58,773 nt of DNA, from positions 1-58,773 of the forward strand of contig JASFBC010000278.1 in the NCBI GenBank assembly GCA_036172315.1, read 5' to 3'. Of this stretch, positions 9,522-18,616 are shown in pieces; the stretch's first letter is position 1, and every line of letters begins with the position of its first letter. This DNA is from Anaerolineae bacterium (GTDB taxonomy: Bacteria > Chloroflexota > Anaerolineae > B4-G1 > DUEL01). The notes beneath the pieces are model-generated. The model was not told the origin of the DNA. It ran no database searches and saw nothing but the letters and a program-made list of their open reading frames with translations. The position numbers and the translations under genes are program-made.

Positions 9522-10946
9522 CTATCGGGGCATTGCGGCCTCTATCATTTTGCGGCGGATATACTCCAGTGCCGAATCCGGCAGACGGGCCACCTGCTCC
9601 AGAACTTCCTCAAAGACGTCCAGAGCCCGATCCAGTTGCTCTTCGGTAATCGTGAGCGGAGGTTTGATTTTGACCACGTTGCGGCGGGTGGGAAGCCCGT
9701 TCACAATATCGGGCATGTCCAGGTCAAAGATGACGCCGCGCTCCATAGCCAACTCCACCAGCGCGGTGGCTCGCTCCGTCGCCGGGACTTTGGTCTCGGG
9801 GTCCTCCACCAGTTCCACGCCGATGAACAGGCCCGGCCCGCGCACGTCGCCGATGAGGGGATGGGTCTCCTGCATCTGACGCAGGCGGGCAGTGGCCCGC
9901 TGTCCCAGGAGACGAGCGCGACCGGGAAGGTCCAGCCGCAGGGTCACCTCAATGGCCGCCAGTGCGGCGGCAAACGCGACGGGGTTGGCGCCGAAAGTAG
10001 TATGCTCTTCCAGGTAGGTAAACCCTTTCAGGTCCTCCCGGGCCACGATGGCGCCCACGGGGAAGCCGCCGCCCAGCCCTTTGGTGAGCACCATAATGTC
10101 CGGAGGGACGCCGTAGTACTCAGCGGCGCTCATCGCCCCGACCCGCCCGAAGGCAGTCTGGCTCTCGTCGTAGATGAGCAGGATGTTGTACCGGTGACAG
10201 AGTTCTTTCAGGCCCGCCAGATAGCCGGGGGGTGTGGGAATCTGCCCACCGGCCCCCTGCATCGGCTCAATGATGAGCCCGGCAATAGGGGTACTGGCGC
10301 CGTAGAGGATCGCCTGCTCCACCAGGTCCAGACAGGCCAGGCCGCAGGTGGCGGGGTCTCGGTGGATGGGACAGCGATAGCAATACGGATAGGGGAAGCG
10401 AACGATGTGCTCCAACCCCCAGCCGCTGAAGCGCATCAGGCCCGGCATGTAGTGGCTGGCGGAGATAGTCGCCAGGGTGGCCCCGTGGTAGCCCCGGTAG
10501 GCCACCAGGAAGGACGTCGCGCCGGGGCGGTTGATCATCGCCAGTTTCATGGCCGCCTCAATAGCGGTGCCGCCGCCCTGGTTGTTCAGAGCGACCCGCT
10601 TCAGGTTGTCAGGAAAAAGGCCCGCCAGACGGTTGATCAGTTTGATGCGAGGGATGGTGGGGAAACCGTAGCGGACGTGGGTGAGGTGGCGCATTTGCTC
10701 CGCGACGGCCGCCAGCACATCCGGATGGCAGTACCCCACGTTGAGGGTCCAGGCCTGGGCGGTGCAGTCAATGTACTCCCGCCCTGCTGTGTCCCGCACA
10801 AGGGCACCGCCCGGGATGCCTTCGTACAGGATTTCCTTTTTCAACGGGGTCAGGGAGAAGGCCCGGGCCTGTTCTGTCTCCTCTTCGGTGAGGTCAGTCA
10901 GCAGAGAATGGATTTCCTTTTCCGTCAATACCTGCGGCTGGAACAT
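9522..10946 (-). CDS. Class III (omega) PLP-dependent aminotransferase
   Basis: GREYID, GYHGAT, IIEPMQGAGG, LIYDESQTAFGRVG, PDIMVLTKGLGGGFP (PLP lysine) and HTTFGANP. Confidence 0.9.
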   Translation of the reverse strand: MFQPQVLTEKEIHSLLTDLTEEETEQARAFSLTPLKKEILYEGIPGGALVRDTAGREYIDCTAQAWTLNVGYCHPDVLAAVAEQMRHLTHVRYGFPTIPRIKLINRLAGLFPDNLKRVALNNQGGGTAIEAAMKLAMINRPGATSFLVAYRGYHGATLATISASHYMPGLMRFSGWGLEHIVRFPYPYCYRCPIHRDPATCGLACLDLVEQAILYGASTPIAGLIIEPMQGAGGQIPTPPGYLAGLKELCHRYNILLIYDESQTAFGRVGAMSAAEYYGVPPDIMVLTKGLGGGFPVGAIVAREDLKGFTYLEEHTTFGANPVAFAAALAAIEVTLRLDLPGRARLLGQRATARLRQMQETHPLIGDVRGPGLFIGVELVEDPETKVPATERATALVELAMERGVIFDLDMPDIVNGLPTRRNVVKIKPPLTITEEQLDRALDVFEEVLEQVARLPDSALEYIRRKMIEAAMPR

Positions 10947-10988
10947 GACGGATCCTCCAGGGAGCGCGGGATGAAAAGCGCTGTAAAT

Positions 10989-11016
10989 ATTATAGCACTC
11001 TCTTGGCTGATTGCAA
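10989..11016 (-). promoter_or_regulatory. Candidate sigma70 promoter for the aminotransferase-kinase-RLP operon
   Basis: TTGCAA (11016..11011)-N16-TATAAT (10994..10989), about 40 nt upstream of ATG 10946. Confidence 0.55.
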
Positions 11017-11166
11017 TTCGTGGGGCCTGATGTTTAGACGCGAGTTGGGACTTGGGGCGGGTAGGGGTGTCCTTCTAACCCAGCGGTTTCGCCGCTGCCG
11101 CCGAAGGCGGTGGGGGAGGGAGTGAGGACTCTTCTCTGCCCCAACTGATGTACATCAGGTGGGGCT

Positions 11167-12093
11167 TCAAGGGGTCTCAGAGATGGTCTGAAAACCAGGG
11201 GCACAGAGGTTTTGCAGCAGATAGTACACCCGAGGAACGCCGTCTACCGTCCCTTTCGCCACATCGCAGGCAGTGTAGCCGGCCGCAAAGGCTACCTCGC
11301 AGGCTTCCCGAACGTTCAGCCTCCAGGCCAGCGCCAGCCCGGGGTCGGCGCGCTTGATGGCCTGGATGCGGGCTGGGATTTCCACCAGAACTGTCCCCCC
11401 TTCTGGCAGGCAGACCGGTCCGGGTTCGGGCCACCCATCGGGGCGGATGCGGGCAGGGTTGACTACCCTGACCCCGGATACCACCAGGGCCTCCGGATGG
11501 GGGGGATGCCAGCCTTCTTCCACCCGTCTCCGCACCCATTCGCTCCCGACCCACCAGGCTACCTCAAACCGGTCGGAGGAGAGGCCCACGTTCAACCCGT
11601 CGGTCATGGGGCCGTAGAAATCCCGCAGGTAGCAGCGACAGATGGCTCCCAGTTTGCCCAGATTCAGGGTCCCATTGGCCACCTCCAATGGGTCGTAGGT
11701 CCAGGTGACCAGTTCGTAGCCATGGGCCAGGGCCCATTCCCGTTGGGCCAGTTTGAGGCGATACCCCACCCCCCGGCCCTGCCAGTCCGGGTGGACGCCC
11801 ATAATGCGGGAGCAAAGTTGCCAGGGAGGGCCAGCCGCCGCCGGGTTGTCGGGTGGTACAGTTCCGGGCAGGGCGAACAGGAAACCGATGAGCCGGCCTT
11901 CAGGGTCAAATGCGCCCAGGACCATCCCGCCATACCGCTGGCTGGCGATGAGCATGCTGGCGGTCGCTTTGGGCATCTGTTCGGCTTCCAGTTGCCAGAC
12001 TGCCTGTTGTAGACGCTCACAGGCCAGGAAGTGTTCTATTCGCTCCAGGGGGGCAATGGAGAATGTGGCTTCCATAGGCACAGGATTGAACAC
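11167..12093 (-). CDS. GNAT-family acyltransferase of the type often linked to N-acylamino acid racemases
   Basis: QGRGVGYRLKLAQR acyl-CoA motif, WTYDPL, NLGKLGA and SDRF. The start may be ATG 12075. Confidence 0.75.
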   Translation of the reverse strand: MFNPVPMEATFSIAPLERIEHFLACERLQQAVWQLEAEQMPKATASMLIASQRYGGMVLGAFDPEGRLIGFLFALPGTVPPDNPAAAGPPWQLCSRIMGVHPDWQGRGVGYRLKLAQREWALAHGYELVTWTYDPLEVANGTLNLGKLGAICRCYLRDFYGPMTDGLNVGLSSDRFEVAWWVGSEWVRRRVEEGWHPPHPEALVVSGVRVVNPARIRPDGWPEPGPVCLPEGGTVLVEIPARIQAIKRADPGLALAWRLNVREACEVAFAAGYTACDVAKGTVDGVPRVYYLLQNLCAPGFQTISETP

Positions 12094-12120
12094 CGGGCCT
12101 TTGCGCCCGGCGATGTTGCC

Positions 12121-13104
12121 TTATCCGCCGATATGGGACATCGGGAGAGGAGAGGGAGGAATGCCCTCCATCAGCGTATGGCCGCGCGGTTTGGCGACGA
12201 CGGCCTGCAGGAAGAGCGCCCGCAAGTCCTCATCCGTCGCGCCGTTGCGGAGCGGCGTGCGCAGGTCTATGGTGGCGCTGGAGAGCAAGCAGGGGAGCAG
12301 ACGGCCATCAGAGGTCAGCCGCAGACGGTTGCAGAAACGGCAGAAGTGCTCGGTGACCGCGCTGATGAAGCCCACCGTCCCGAGGGCACCGGGGAATCGG
12401 TAATAGCGGGCGGGGCCGATGCCCACCTCGCCATGGACGGGCATCAGCGGCCCCAGCGCCCCCTCTATGCGGGCGCGGATTTCCGCTGCAGGGACTACGC
12501 CGTCCCCAAACCAGTGAGCACCAGCCCCCAGGGGCATCACCTCAATGAACCGGATATGCCAGTCCGGCTCCAGGCTCTTCCGGGCCATGTCCACCACTTC
12601 ATCGTCGTTCAGGCCCCGGACGACGACCATGTTGATTTTGACGGGGCGGAGGCCGGCCGCCAGCGCCGCTTCCCGTCCCGCCAGTACGTCCTCCAGATTC
12701 CCCCAGCGGGTGATCTGCCGGAATCGCTCCGGACGGAGGGTATCCAGGCTGAGGTTGATCCGCCGCAGGCCGGCGCGGGCCAGCGACTCAGCGTACTGGC
12801 GCAGCAGGATGCCGTTGGTGGTCATAGAGAGATCGTCCAGGCCAGGGATGCGGGCCAGTTCCGCTACCAGGTCCCCGATGCCCTGACGAACCAGCGGCTC
12901 GCCGCCGGTCAGACGGATATGGACGAAGCCCGTCTCCACGGCGATCCGCACAATGCGGACGATTTCCTCGTTCCGCAGGATGTCCTGGTGGGAGAATTTG
13001 GTGACCCCTTCCTCCGGCATGCAGTAAACGCAGCGGAGGTTACAGCGATCGGTCACTGAGACCCGCAGGTACTGGATAGGACGTTCGTAAGCATCAAAGG
13101 GCAT
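12121..13104 (-). CDS. moaA: GTP 3',8-cyclase (radical SAM)
   Basis: YLRVSVTDRCNLRCVYCMP, RLTGGEPL, FCRFCNRLRLTSDGRLLPCL and C-terminal MSHIGG. Confidence 0.95.
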   Translation of the reverse strand: MPFDAYERPIQYLRVSVTDRCNLRCVYCMPEEGVTKFSHQDILRNEEIVRIVRIAVETGFVHIRLTGGEPLVRQGIGDLVAELARIPGLDDLSMTTNGILLRQYAESLARAGLRRINLSLDTLRPERFRQITRWGNLEDVLAGREAALAAGLRPVKINMVVVRGLNDDEVVDMARKSLEPDWHIRFIEVMPLGAGAHWFGDGVVPAAEIRARIEGALGPLMPVHGEVGIGPARYYRFPGALGTVGFISAVTEHFCRFCNRLRLTSDGRLLPCLLSSATIDLRTPLRNGATDEDLRALFLQAVVAKPRGHTLMEGIPPSPLPMSHIGG

Positions 13105-13115
13105 ACCGGGGCCTT

Positions 13116-13883
13116 TCAGGGAAGAATCACCGGATTGCGCAGCACGCCAACTCCTTCTACCTCCACCTCCACTATGTCTCCTGGACGGAGGGGGCCGACG
13201 CCGGCGGGTGTGCCCGTGAGGATGAGGTCGCCCGGCTCCAGCGTCATCACCGACGCGGCATAGGCGATGAGGTCGGCGGGGGAAAAGACCATCTCGGAGG
13301 TGCGCCCGTACTGGCGGATTTGGCCGTTCACCCGGCAGATAACCGTGCGGTCGGCCATCTCCGCCTCGGCGACGCCGACAACCAGCCAGGGGCCCACCGG
13401 GCAGAAGGTATCAAAGCCCTTGGCGCGCGTCCATTGCCCATCCCGCCGTTGCAGGTCCCGGGCGGTCACATCGTTGGCGCAGGTGACGCCCAGGACGTAG
13501 GCCCACGCCTCTTCGGGGCGCACGTTCCGGCAGCGGCGGCCGATGACCACCGCCAGTTCCGCCTCATATTCCACCTGCTGGGACTGAGGCGGCAAGACGA
13601 TAGGGGCATCGGGGCCGATGATGGCGCTGGGCGGCTTAAAAAACAGGAGCGGCTCAGGAGGAACTTCCGCTCCGTGCTCGGCGGCATGGGCGGGGTAATT
13701 CCGGCCCACGCAGAGAATCTTGGTGGGGGTTACCGGAGCCAGGAGGGTCACTTCCTCCAGTGGGCCCACCGTCTCCCCGACCGCCCATTCCCGAAAGGGG
13801 TCGCCCCGGAGTTCCCGGACGGTCCGATCTTCCAGAATACCCCAACGGGGGCCATCGGGGGTGGCATAGCGAATCCAGCGTAT
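13116..13883 (-). CDS. Fumarylacetoacetate hydrolase family protein, apparent ATA start
   Basis: [46 protein letters not shown] and GDLILTGTP. The frame is open back to AAGGAG-AACGCCC-ATA at 13883, giving (M)[14 protein letters not shown]. Confidence 0.85.
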   Translation of the reverse strand: MRWIRYATPDGPRWGILEDRTVRELRGDPFREWAVGETVGPLEEVTLLAPVTPTKILCVGRNYPAHAAEHGAEVPPEPLLFFKPPSAIIGPDAPIVLPPQSQQVEYEAELAVVIGRRCRNVRPEEAWAYVLGVTCANDVTARDLQRRDGQWTRAKGFDTFCPVGPWLVVGVAEAEMADRTVICRVNGQIRQYGRTSEMVFSPADLIAYAASVMTLEPGDLILTGTPAGVGPLRPGDIVEVEVEGVGVLRNPVILP

Positions 13884-13941
13884 GGGCGTTCTCCTTACAG
13901 AGATCCACAGGCGTTACGTCTTTGCGTCTGTGAGACGCTCT

Positions 13942-15153
13942 CTACCGGGTGAGACGGGGGTCCAGGGCGTCCCGCAGGCCGTCTCCCAGCAGGTTGAAGC
14001 CCAGGACGCTCAGCATGATCGCAACCCCGGGGAAGGTGACGGCCCACCAGGCCCCGCTGGTCAGGAAGCGGTAACTATCCCCCAGCATCGCGCCCCATTC
14101 CGGCTCCGGCGGGATAGCCCCCAGCCCCAGGAAGCCCAGCGCGCCGGCCCAGATGATAGCGCTCCCCAGCCCCAGGGTGGACTGCACAATGATAGGGGAG
14201 AGGGTGTTGGGCAGGATGTGCCGGAAGAGGATACGGGCGTGGCCCGACCCCACAGCCTGCGCCGCCAGGACGTAGTCCCGCTGGACCAGGGAGAGGACCG
14301 TCGCCCGCATCAGTCGGGCGTAGGTGGGGATGCCCACGAAGCCGATGGCAATCATAGCCCGGTCCAGCCCCGGCCCCAGGAAGGCGACGATGGCGATGGC
14401 CAGCAGGATGCTGGGGAAGGCCAGAATCACATCCATCAGCCGCATCACGATGTTGGAGAAGAGGGGGCCGCCCAGCGGGAAGGTGAGGATGCCGCCCACC
14501 ATCAGGCCCAGCAACCCGCAGATGATGGCCACATAGGGGCTGACCAGGAGAGAAGGGATAGCGCCGATGAGCATCCCTGCCACTGGCAAGATCAGCCATC
14601 GCCGGCCGTTGGGCCAGGAGGCTGTCGTGTTGGCGGGAATCCCGCCCAGTGCGGCGAACAGGAGTGCCTGGACCGGCTGTCCGGCAATCCAGGCGGGAAT
14701 GCTTCCCAGGACCAGGCCGATACCGGCCATCAGCCCGATCCGCTCCCCAGGGGTGAGAGGGACGCTTTCATAGAAGCCCGCCAGCAACCCCAGGAGCCCG
14801 CCCACGGCCAGGGAGATGCCGACGGAGATGACCCCTACCCGCAACGAGTTCCAGCCGCCGTGGACAACCCGCCGGAAGACGTCTCGCCCCAGTTTGTCGG
14901 TGCCGAAAAGGTGGATAGAGGGCACATCCGGGGTGGGCCGCAGGGTGGGGGGCTTCAGTTTCAGGGAGTAATCCAGGTCGGTCTTGGGGTCGTAGGGCCA
15001 GAAGAAGTGAGCCAGGACAGCGCCAAGGACGAATACGACCACAATAGTCATCCCCAGGCGGGCGGTGGGGCTGGCGATCAAACGCCGCCAGGCATCCCCC
15101 CACAGGGTCCGTCGCCGGCGCGGGAGTTCAGGGATAACGGGTCGCTCTCTCAT
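13942..15153 (-). CDS. Peptide ABC transporter permease (DppC/OppC) with an extra hydrophobic insertion
   Basis: HLFGTDKLGRDVF, MRLMDVILAFP, EAA-like DYVLAAQAVG, RHILPN and FNLLGDGLRDALDPR; start MRERPVIP at 15153. Confidence 0.88.
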   Translation of the reverse strand: MRERPVIPELPRRRRTLWGDAWRRLIASPTARLGMTIVVVFVLGAVLAHFFWPYDPKTDLDYSLKLKPPTLRPTPDVPSIHLFGTDKLGRDVFRRVVHGGWNSLRVGVISVGISLAVGGLLGLLAGFYESVPLTPGERIGLMAGIGLVLGSIPAWIAGQPVQALLFAALGGIPANTTASWPNGRRWLILPVAGMLIGAIPSLLVSPYVAIICGLLGLMVGGILTFPLGGPLFSNIVMRLMDVILAFPSILLAIAIVAFLGPGLDRAMIAIGFVGIPTYARLMRATVLSLVQRDYVLAAQAVGSGHARILFRHILPNTLSPIIVQSTLGLGSAIIWAGALGFLGLGAIPPEPEWGAMLGDSYRFLTSGAWWAVTFPGVAIMLSVLGFNLLGDGLRDALDPRLTR

Positions 15154-15161
15154 CGGACCCC

Positions 15162-16211
15162 TCACTCGTAACGGATGCGTGGGTCCAGCGCCGCGTAGGA
15201 GAGGTCCACCAGCAGGTTCACCAGGACGAAGACCACGGCGATGAGCAGGGTACCGCCCTGGACGACCGGGTAATCTCTTCCCACGATGGCGTCGTAGACC
15301 CACTTGCCGATGCCCGGCCAGGCGAAGATGGTCTCGGTGAGGATCGCTCCGGCCAGGAGGTTCCCCGTCTGCAGACCGATGACGGTGACCACCGGCAGCA
15401 GAGCATTTTTCAGCGCGTGGCGGAAAAGGACCAACCGCTGGTGCAGGCCCTTCGCGCGGGCGGTGCGGATGTAATCCTCCTGCAAGACTTCCAGCATACT
15501 GGCGCGGGTCATCCGGGCAATGATGGCGAGGGGGATTGTCGCCAGTGCCAGGACCGGCATAATCAGGTGTTTCACTGCGTCCCAGAAGGCTGTCCAGTGG
15601 CCGGTGACCAGGGAGTCTATCAGCAGGAGGCCCGTGATGCGCCGGACTGCTATGGCGTGGTCCAGTCGCCCGCCGATGGGGAACCAGTGGAGGATGACCG
15701 CGAAGAGCATGATCTCCATCAGGCCCAGCCAGAAGATGGGCATGGAGACGCCGACCAGCGCGCCGACCATACTGACGCTATCTATCCAGGTATTGCGGCG
15801 GGCAGCGGAGATAATGCCAATGGGAATCCCGACCACGACGGCCATAGCCATCGCGGCCAGGGCCAGTTCCACCGTTGCCGGGAAGCGCTGGGCCAGTTCG
15901 GTGGCGATGGGGATGCGCCGGTGAATGGAGGCCCCCAGGTCTCCCCGCACCAGCCGCGCCAGGAAGCGGAGGTACTGGCTATCCACGAAGCCCCGGAAGT
16001 CTCCCTGCTTCAACGCTTCCCGGTCCAGGAACAGCGGGCGGGTGAGGCCCAGTTGCTCCCGGATGCGCTGGACGTTCTCCTGGGAGGCATGTTCCCCCAG
16101 CATAGCAACGGCGGGGTCGCCGGGGATCAGGCGCAACAGCAGGAAGACGATGATGGTGACCCCTAACAGCGTGGGGATTAAAGAAAGCAGACGACGGACC
16201 AGGTAGCGCAT
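15162..16211 (-). CDS. Peptide ABC transporter permease (DppB/OppB)
   Basis: LIPGDPA, RFPATVELA, EDYIRTARAKG, HALKNALLP and LDPRIRY. Confidence 0.92.
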   Translation of the reverse strand: MRYLVRRLLSLIPTLLGVTIIVFLLLRLIPGDPAVAMLGEHASQENVQRIREQLGLTRPLFLDREALKQGDFRGFVDSQYLRFLARLVRGDLGASIHRRIPIATELAQRFPATVELALAAMAMAVVVGIPIGIISAARRNTWIDSVSMVGALVGVSMPIFWLGLMEIMLFAVILHWFPIGGRLDHAIAVRRITGLLLIDSLVTGHWTAFWDAVKHLIMPVLALATIPLAIIARMTRASMLEVLQEDYIRTARAKGLHQRLVLFRHALKNALLPVVTVIGLQTGNLLAGAILTETIFAWPGIGKWVYDAIVGRDYPVVQGGTLLIAVVFVLVNLLVDLSYAALDPRIRYE

Positions 16212-16489
16212 CAGTGCTCTTCTGTGGATGGAATGAGTTGAGAGGCCACTTCCACATGGGCGGCGAAATCATCGGCCCGGGGGAGACGTCCCAGCGGAAG
16301 GGCCCGACAAATCACCAGCACGTCCACGTCCGAAGTGGGGCCGGGAAGGCCCCGTCCCAGAGAGCCGAAAATGATCAGAGGGACCAGGTTCTCCCCGTAA
16401 TGGCGGCGACAGGCTTCCAGAAGGGGGACAAAGCGGGCCGCATAGCCGCCGGATAATTTTTGTCGGAAAGAAAGATGATGACCGGACAT
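16211..16489 (-). pseudogene. Truncated minimal nucleotidyltransferase (MNT-type) fragment
   Basis: LIIFGSLGRG...SDVDVLVI (GS..DxD motif). The ORF is only 92 codons and ends soon after the motif; no HEPN partner is visible. Confidence 0.55.
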
Positions 16490-16571
16490 CCTGAGTGAGA
16501 TGAAAGGGGATTGGGCGCAGGCGGCTGGCCGCCCACACCCAATCCCTTTCCTAGAGGAACCTCACCGGAAG

Positions 16572-18320
16572 TTACGGCTGGATTTCCACCCACTCGTGGT
16601 AGTCCGCGCCGACCGGCTGCGGGACGTAGCCGCTGACCTTCTTGGAGAAGATGAGCGGCGTCTGGTTGTGGGCGATCCAGATGCGGGCGACGTCGTTGTG
16701 GAGCAACTCTTCCGCCTTCTTGTACAGTTCCTCCCGCTCGGCCTGGTTGGGGTTGACCAACGCCTTGTAGAGGAGGACGGCGACCTCCTGGTTGGCGTAC
16801 CAGCCCTCCCGCTTGTCGGGCTGTTTCACCTCATCCTCGGCGCTCAGGCCGCCGAAGAAGTAGTTCAGGAAGTTATCGGGGTCACCGTTGTCGCCGCCCC
16901 AGCCCAGCATGTAGAGGCCCATCAGGAGGCCGTTGCGGCGCAGGCTCAGGTAGGTGGGCCAGTCGCCCGCCAGTTCCAGTTGGGCGTTAATGCCGGCCTT
17001 CGCCAGGTCGGCGGCCATCGCCTCGCCGATCTCCTTGGGGCTGGGGTAGTAGAAGCGGGTCACCGGCATATAGTAGAGTTTCAACGGGATTTTGTCTCCG
17101 GCCTTGTAGACGATGTTCCCCTCCGCATCGGCGACGTCCTCCGCGATGGTGACTTCGCTCAGGCCGTTCGGGAAACCGGCCTCCGCCAGGAGTTGCTTGG
17201 AGAGTTCGGGGTTGTACTCCCAATCCTGGATGGCGTCGTTATAGCCCCAGATGGCGGGCGGCAGGAAGGTCTTGGCCACCAGGCCGTACTTGCCGTAGAA
17301 GTTCTGCACCAGCGCCTGCTTGTTAATGGCGTGGGCTACTGCTTCCCGCACCCGGATGTCCTGGAACTCCTTAATCTTGTAGTTGAAGGCCAGGTACGCG
17401 GTGTTCAGCGCTGGGCGGGTCAGGATGTAGAGGTTGGGATCGGCCTCGGCGGCCGCCAGGTCCTCCACCGTCGCCTGCTCGGTAGCGTGGATGTCGCCGG
17501 CCTTCAGCGCCAGGAAGCGGGCGGAGTCGTCGGGGATCACCCGCCAGACGATCTCGTCAATCTTGGGCCGGCCGCCCCAGTACTCGTCATTGGCGACGAC
17601 GGTGATATGGTCGCCCTCCACCCACTCCTTGAACTTGAAGGGGCCGGTGCCCACGCAGCCAACGTCCGGCATCCCGTACTTCTCGCCGTATTTCTGGATG
17701 GCGGCAGGGCTGGAGATGGCGAACATGTCCATCGCCAGGTTGGCCAGGAAGGGCGCCAGAGGCTGGGAGAGTTTGAAGCGGACGGTATAGTCGTCCACTT
17801 TCTCTACGGCGGTGATCAGGCTGGCATCGTCAAACCCGCCCCACATCGCCTCGTAGTACTCAAAGACCTGGCTGGGGAAGTGGTAGGGGTTGTTGGTGAA
17901 GCGCCAGCGCTCAAAGTTGAAGACGACCGCATCGGCGTTGAAGTCGGTCCCGTCGTGGAACTTGACCCCCTGGCGCAGTTTGCAGGTCCACTCGGTGGCC
18001 GTCTCGTTGGGGACGCACTCCTCGGCCAGCGCCGGGATGGGCCGGGTGGAGCCGGGCTCATACTGATAGAGGGGCTCCAGGCACTGCCCGGTGACCCGGA
18101 AGGACTCGCCGTCGGTGACGATGGCGGAGTCCAACTGCACCGAGTCGCCCCCCCGACCGAAGATGAAGTGGACGACCTCCGGGGCCTTCGTCGGTGCGGG
18201 GGTGGGGGGCACAGTGGCAGCCGGGGGCGGGGTCGTGGGGGTAACAGCAGGCTTGCAGGCTACCAGGCCCAGGAGCAGAGCACCAACGGCCAGAACGGTG
18301 AAGGTGCGCAGCAGTTTCAT
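16572..18320 (-). CDS. Peptide ABC transporter substrate-binding lipoprotein (family 5, DppA-like)
   Basis: Lipobox LVAC, Pro/Thr linker, LRQGVKFHDGTDFNADAV, VGTGPFKF and GWGGDNGDPDNF. Confidence 0.92.
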   Translation of the reverse strand: MKLLRTFTVLAVGALLLGLVACKPAVTPTTPPPAATVPPTPAPTKAPEVVHFIFGRGGDSVQLDSAIVTDGESFRVTGQCLEPLYQYEPGSTRPIPALAEECVPNETATEWTCKLRQGVKFHDGTDFNADAVVFNFERWRFTNNPYHFPSQVFEYYEAMWGGFDDASLITAVEKVDDYTVRFKLSQPLAPFLANLAMDMFAISSPAAIQKYGEKYGMPDVGCVGTGPFKFKEWVEGDHITVVANDEYWGGRPKIDEIVWRVIPDDSARFLALKAGDIHATEQATVEDLAAAEADPNLYILTRPALNTAYLAFNYKIKEFQDIRVREAVAHAINKQALVQNFYGKYGLVAKTFLPPAIWGYNDAIQDWEYNPELSKQLLAEAGFPNGLSEVTIAEDVADAEGNIVYKAGDKIPLKLYYMPVTRFYYPSPKEIGEAMAADLAKAGINAQLELAGDWPTYLSLRRNGLLMGLYMLGWGGDNGDPDNFLNYFFGGLSAEDEVKQPDKREGWYANQEVAVLLYKALVNPNQAEREELYKKAEELLHNDVARIWIAHNQTPLIFSKKVSGYVPQPVGADYHEWVEIQP

Positions 18321-18580
18321 CTCTCCTCCTCACTTGCATCTCTGGAATAAGGTTAGACAAAAGGGGTTGGAGAAACGGGTTCGCATCTTGCCCGGGTATC
18401 ACCTCCTTCCGCCGGCTGGGGAATACACTGCTGAAAGTATACCAGATGTGGGGGAAATGTCAAGAAGCGCTCTGTGGTTCGGACGCGAGTAGGGACATAG
18501 GGGGAGGGGGTGCCGCCGAAGGCGACCGGGGGAGGAGTTCCCTGTCCCAATTTATATCCGAACCTCAGCGAAAGTGCCAC

Positions 18581-18608
18581 TTGCTTTTTGTCCGGAATTT
18601 GCTATCAT
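18581..18608 (+). promoter_or_regulatory. Candidate extended -10 promoter giving a near-leaderless transcript
   Basis: TTGCTT-N16-TATCAT with a TG extension (TGcTATCAT). ATG 18617 follows 8 nt later with no SD. Confidence 0.4.
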
Positions 18609-18616
18609 TTTTCCCA

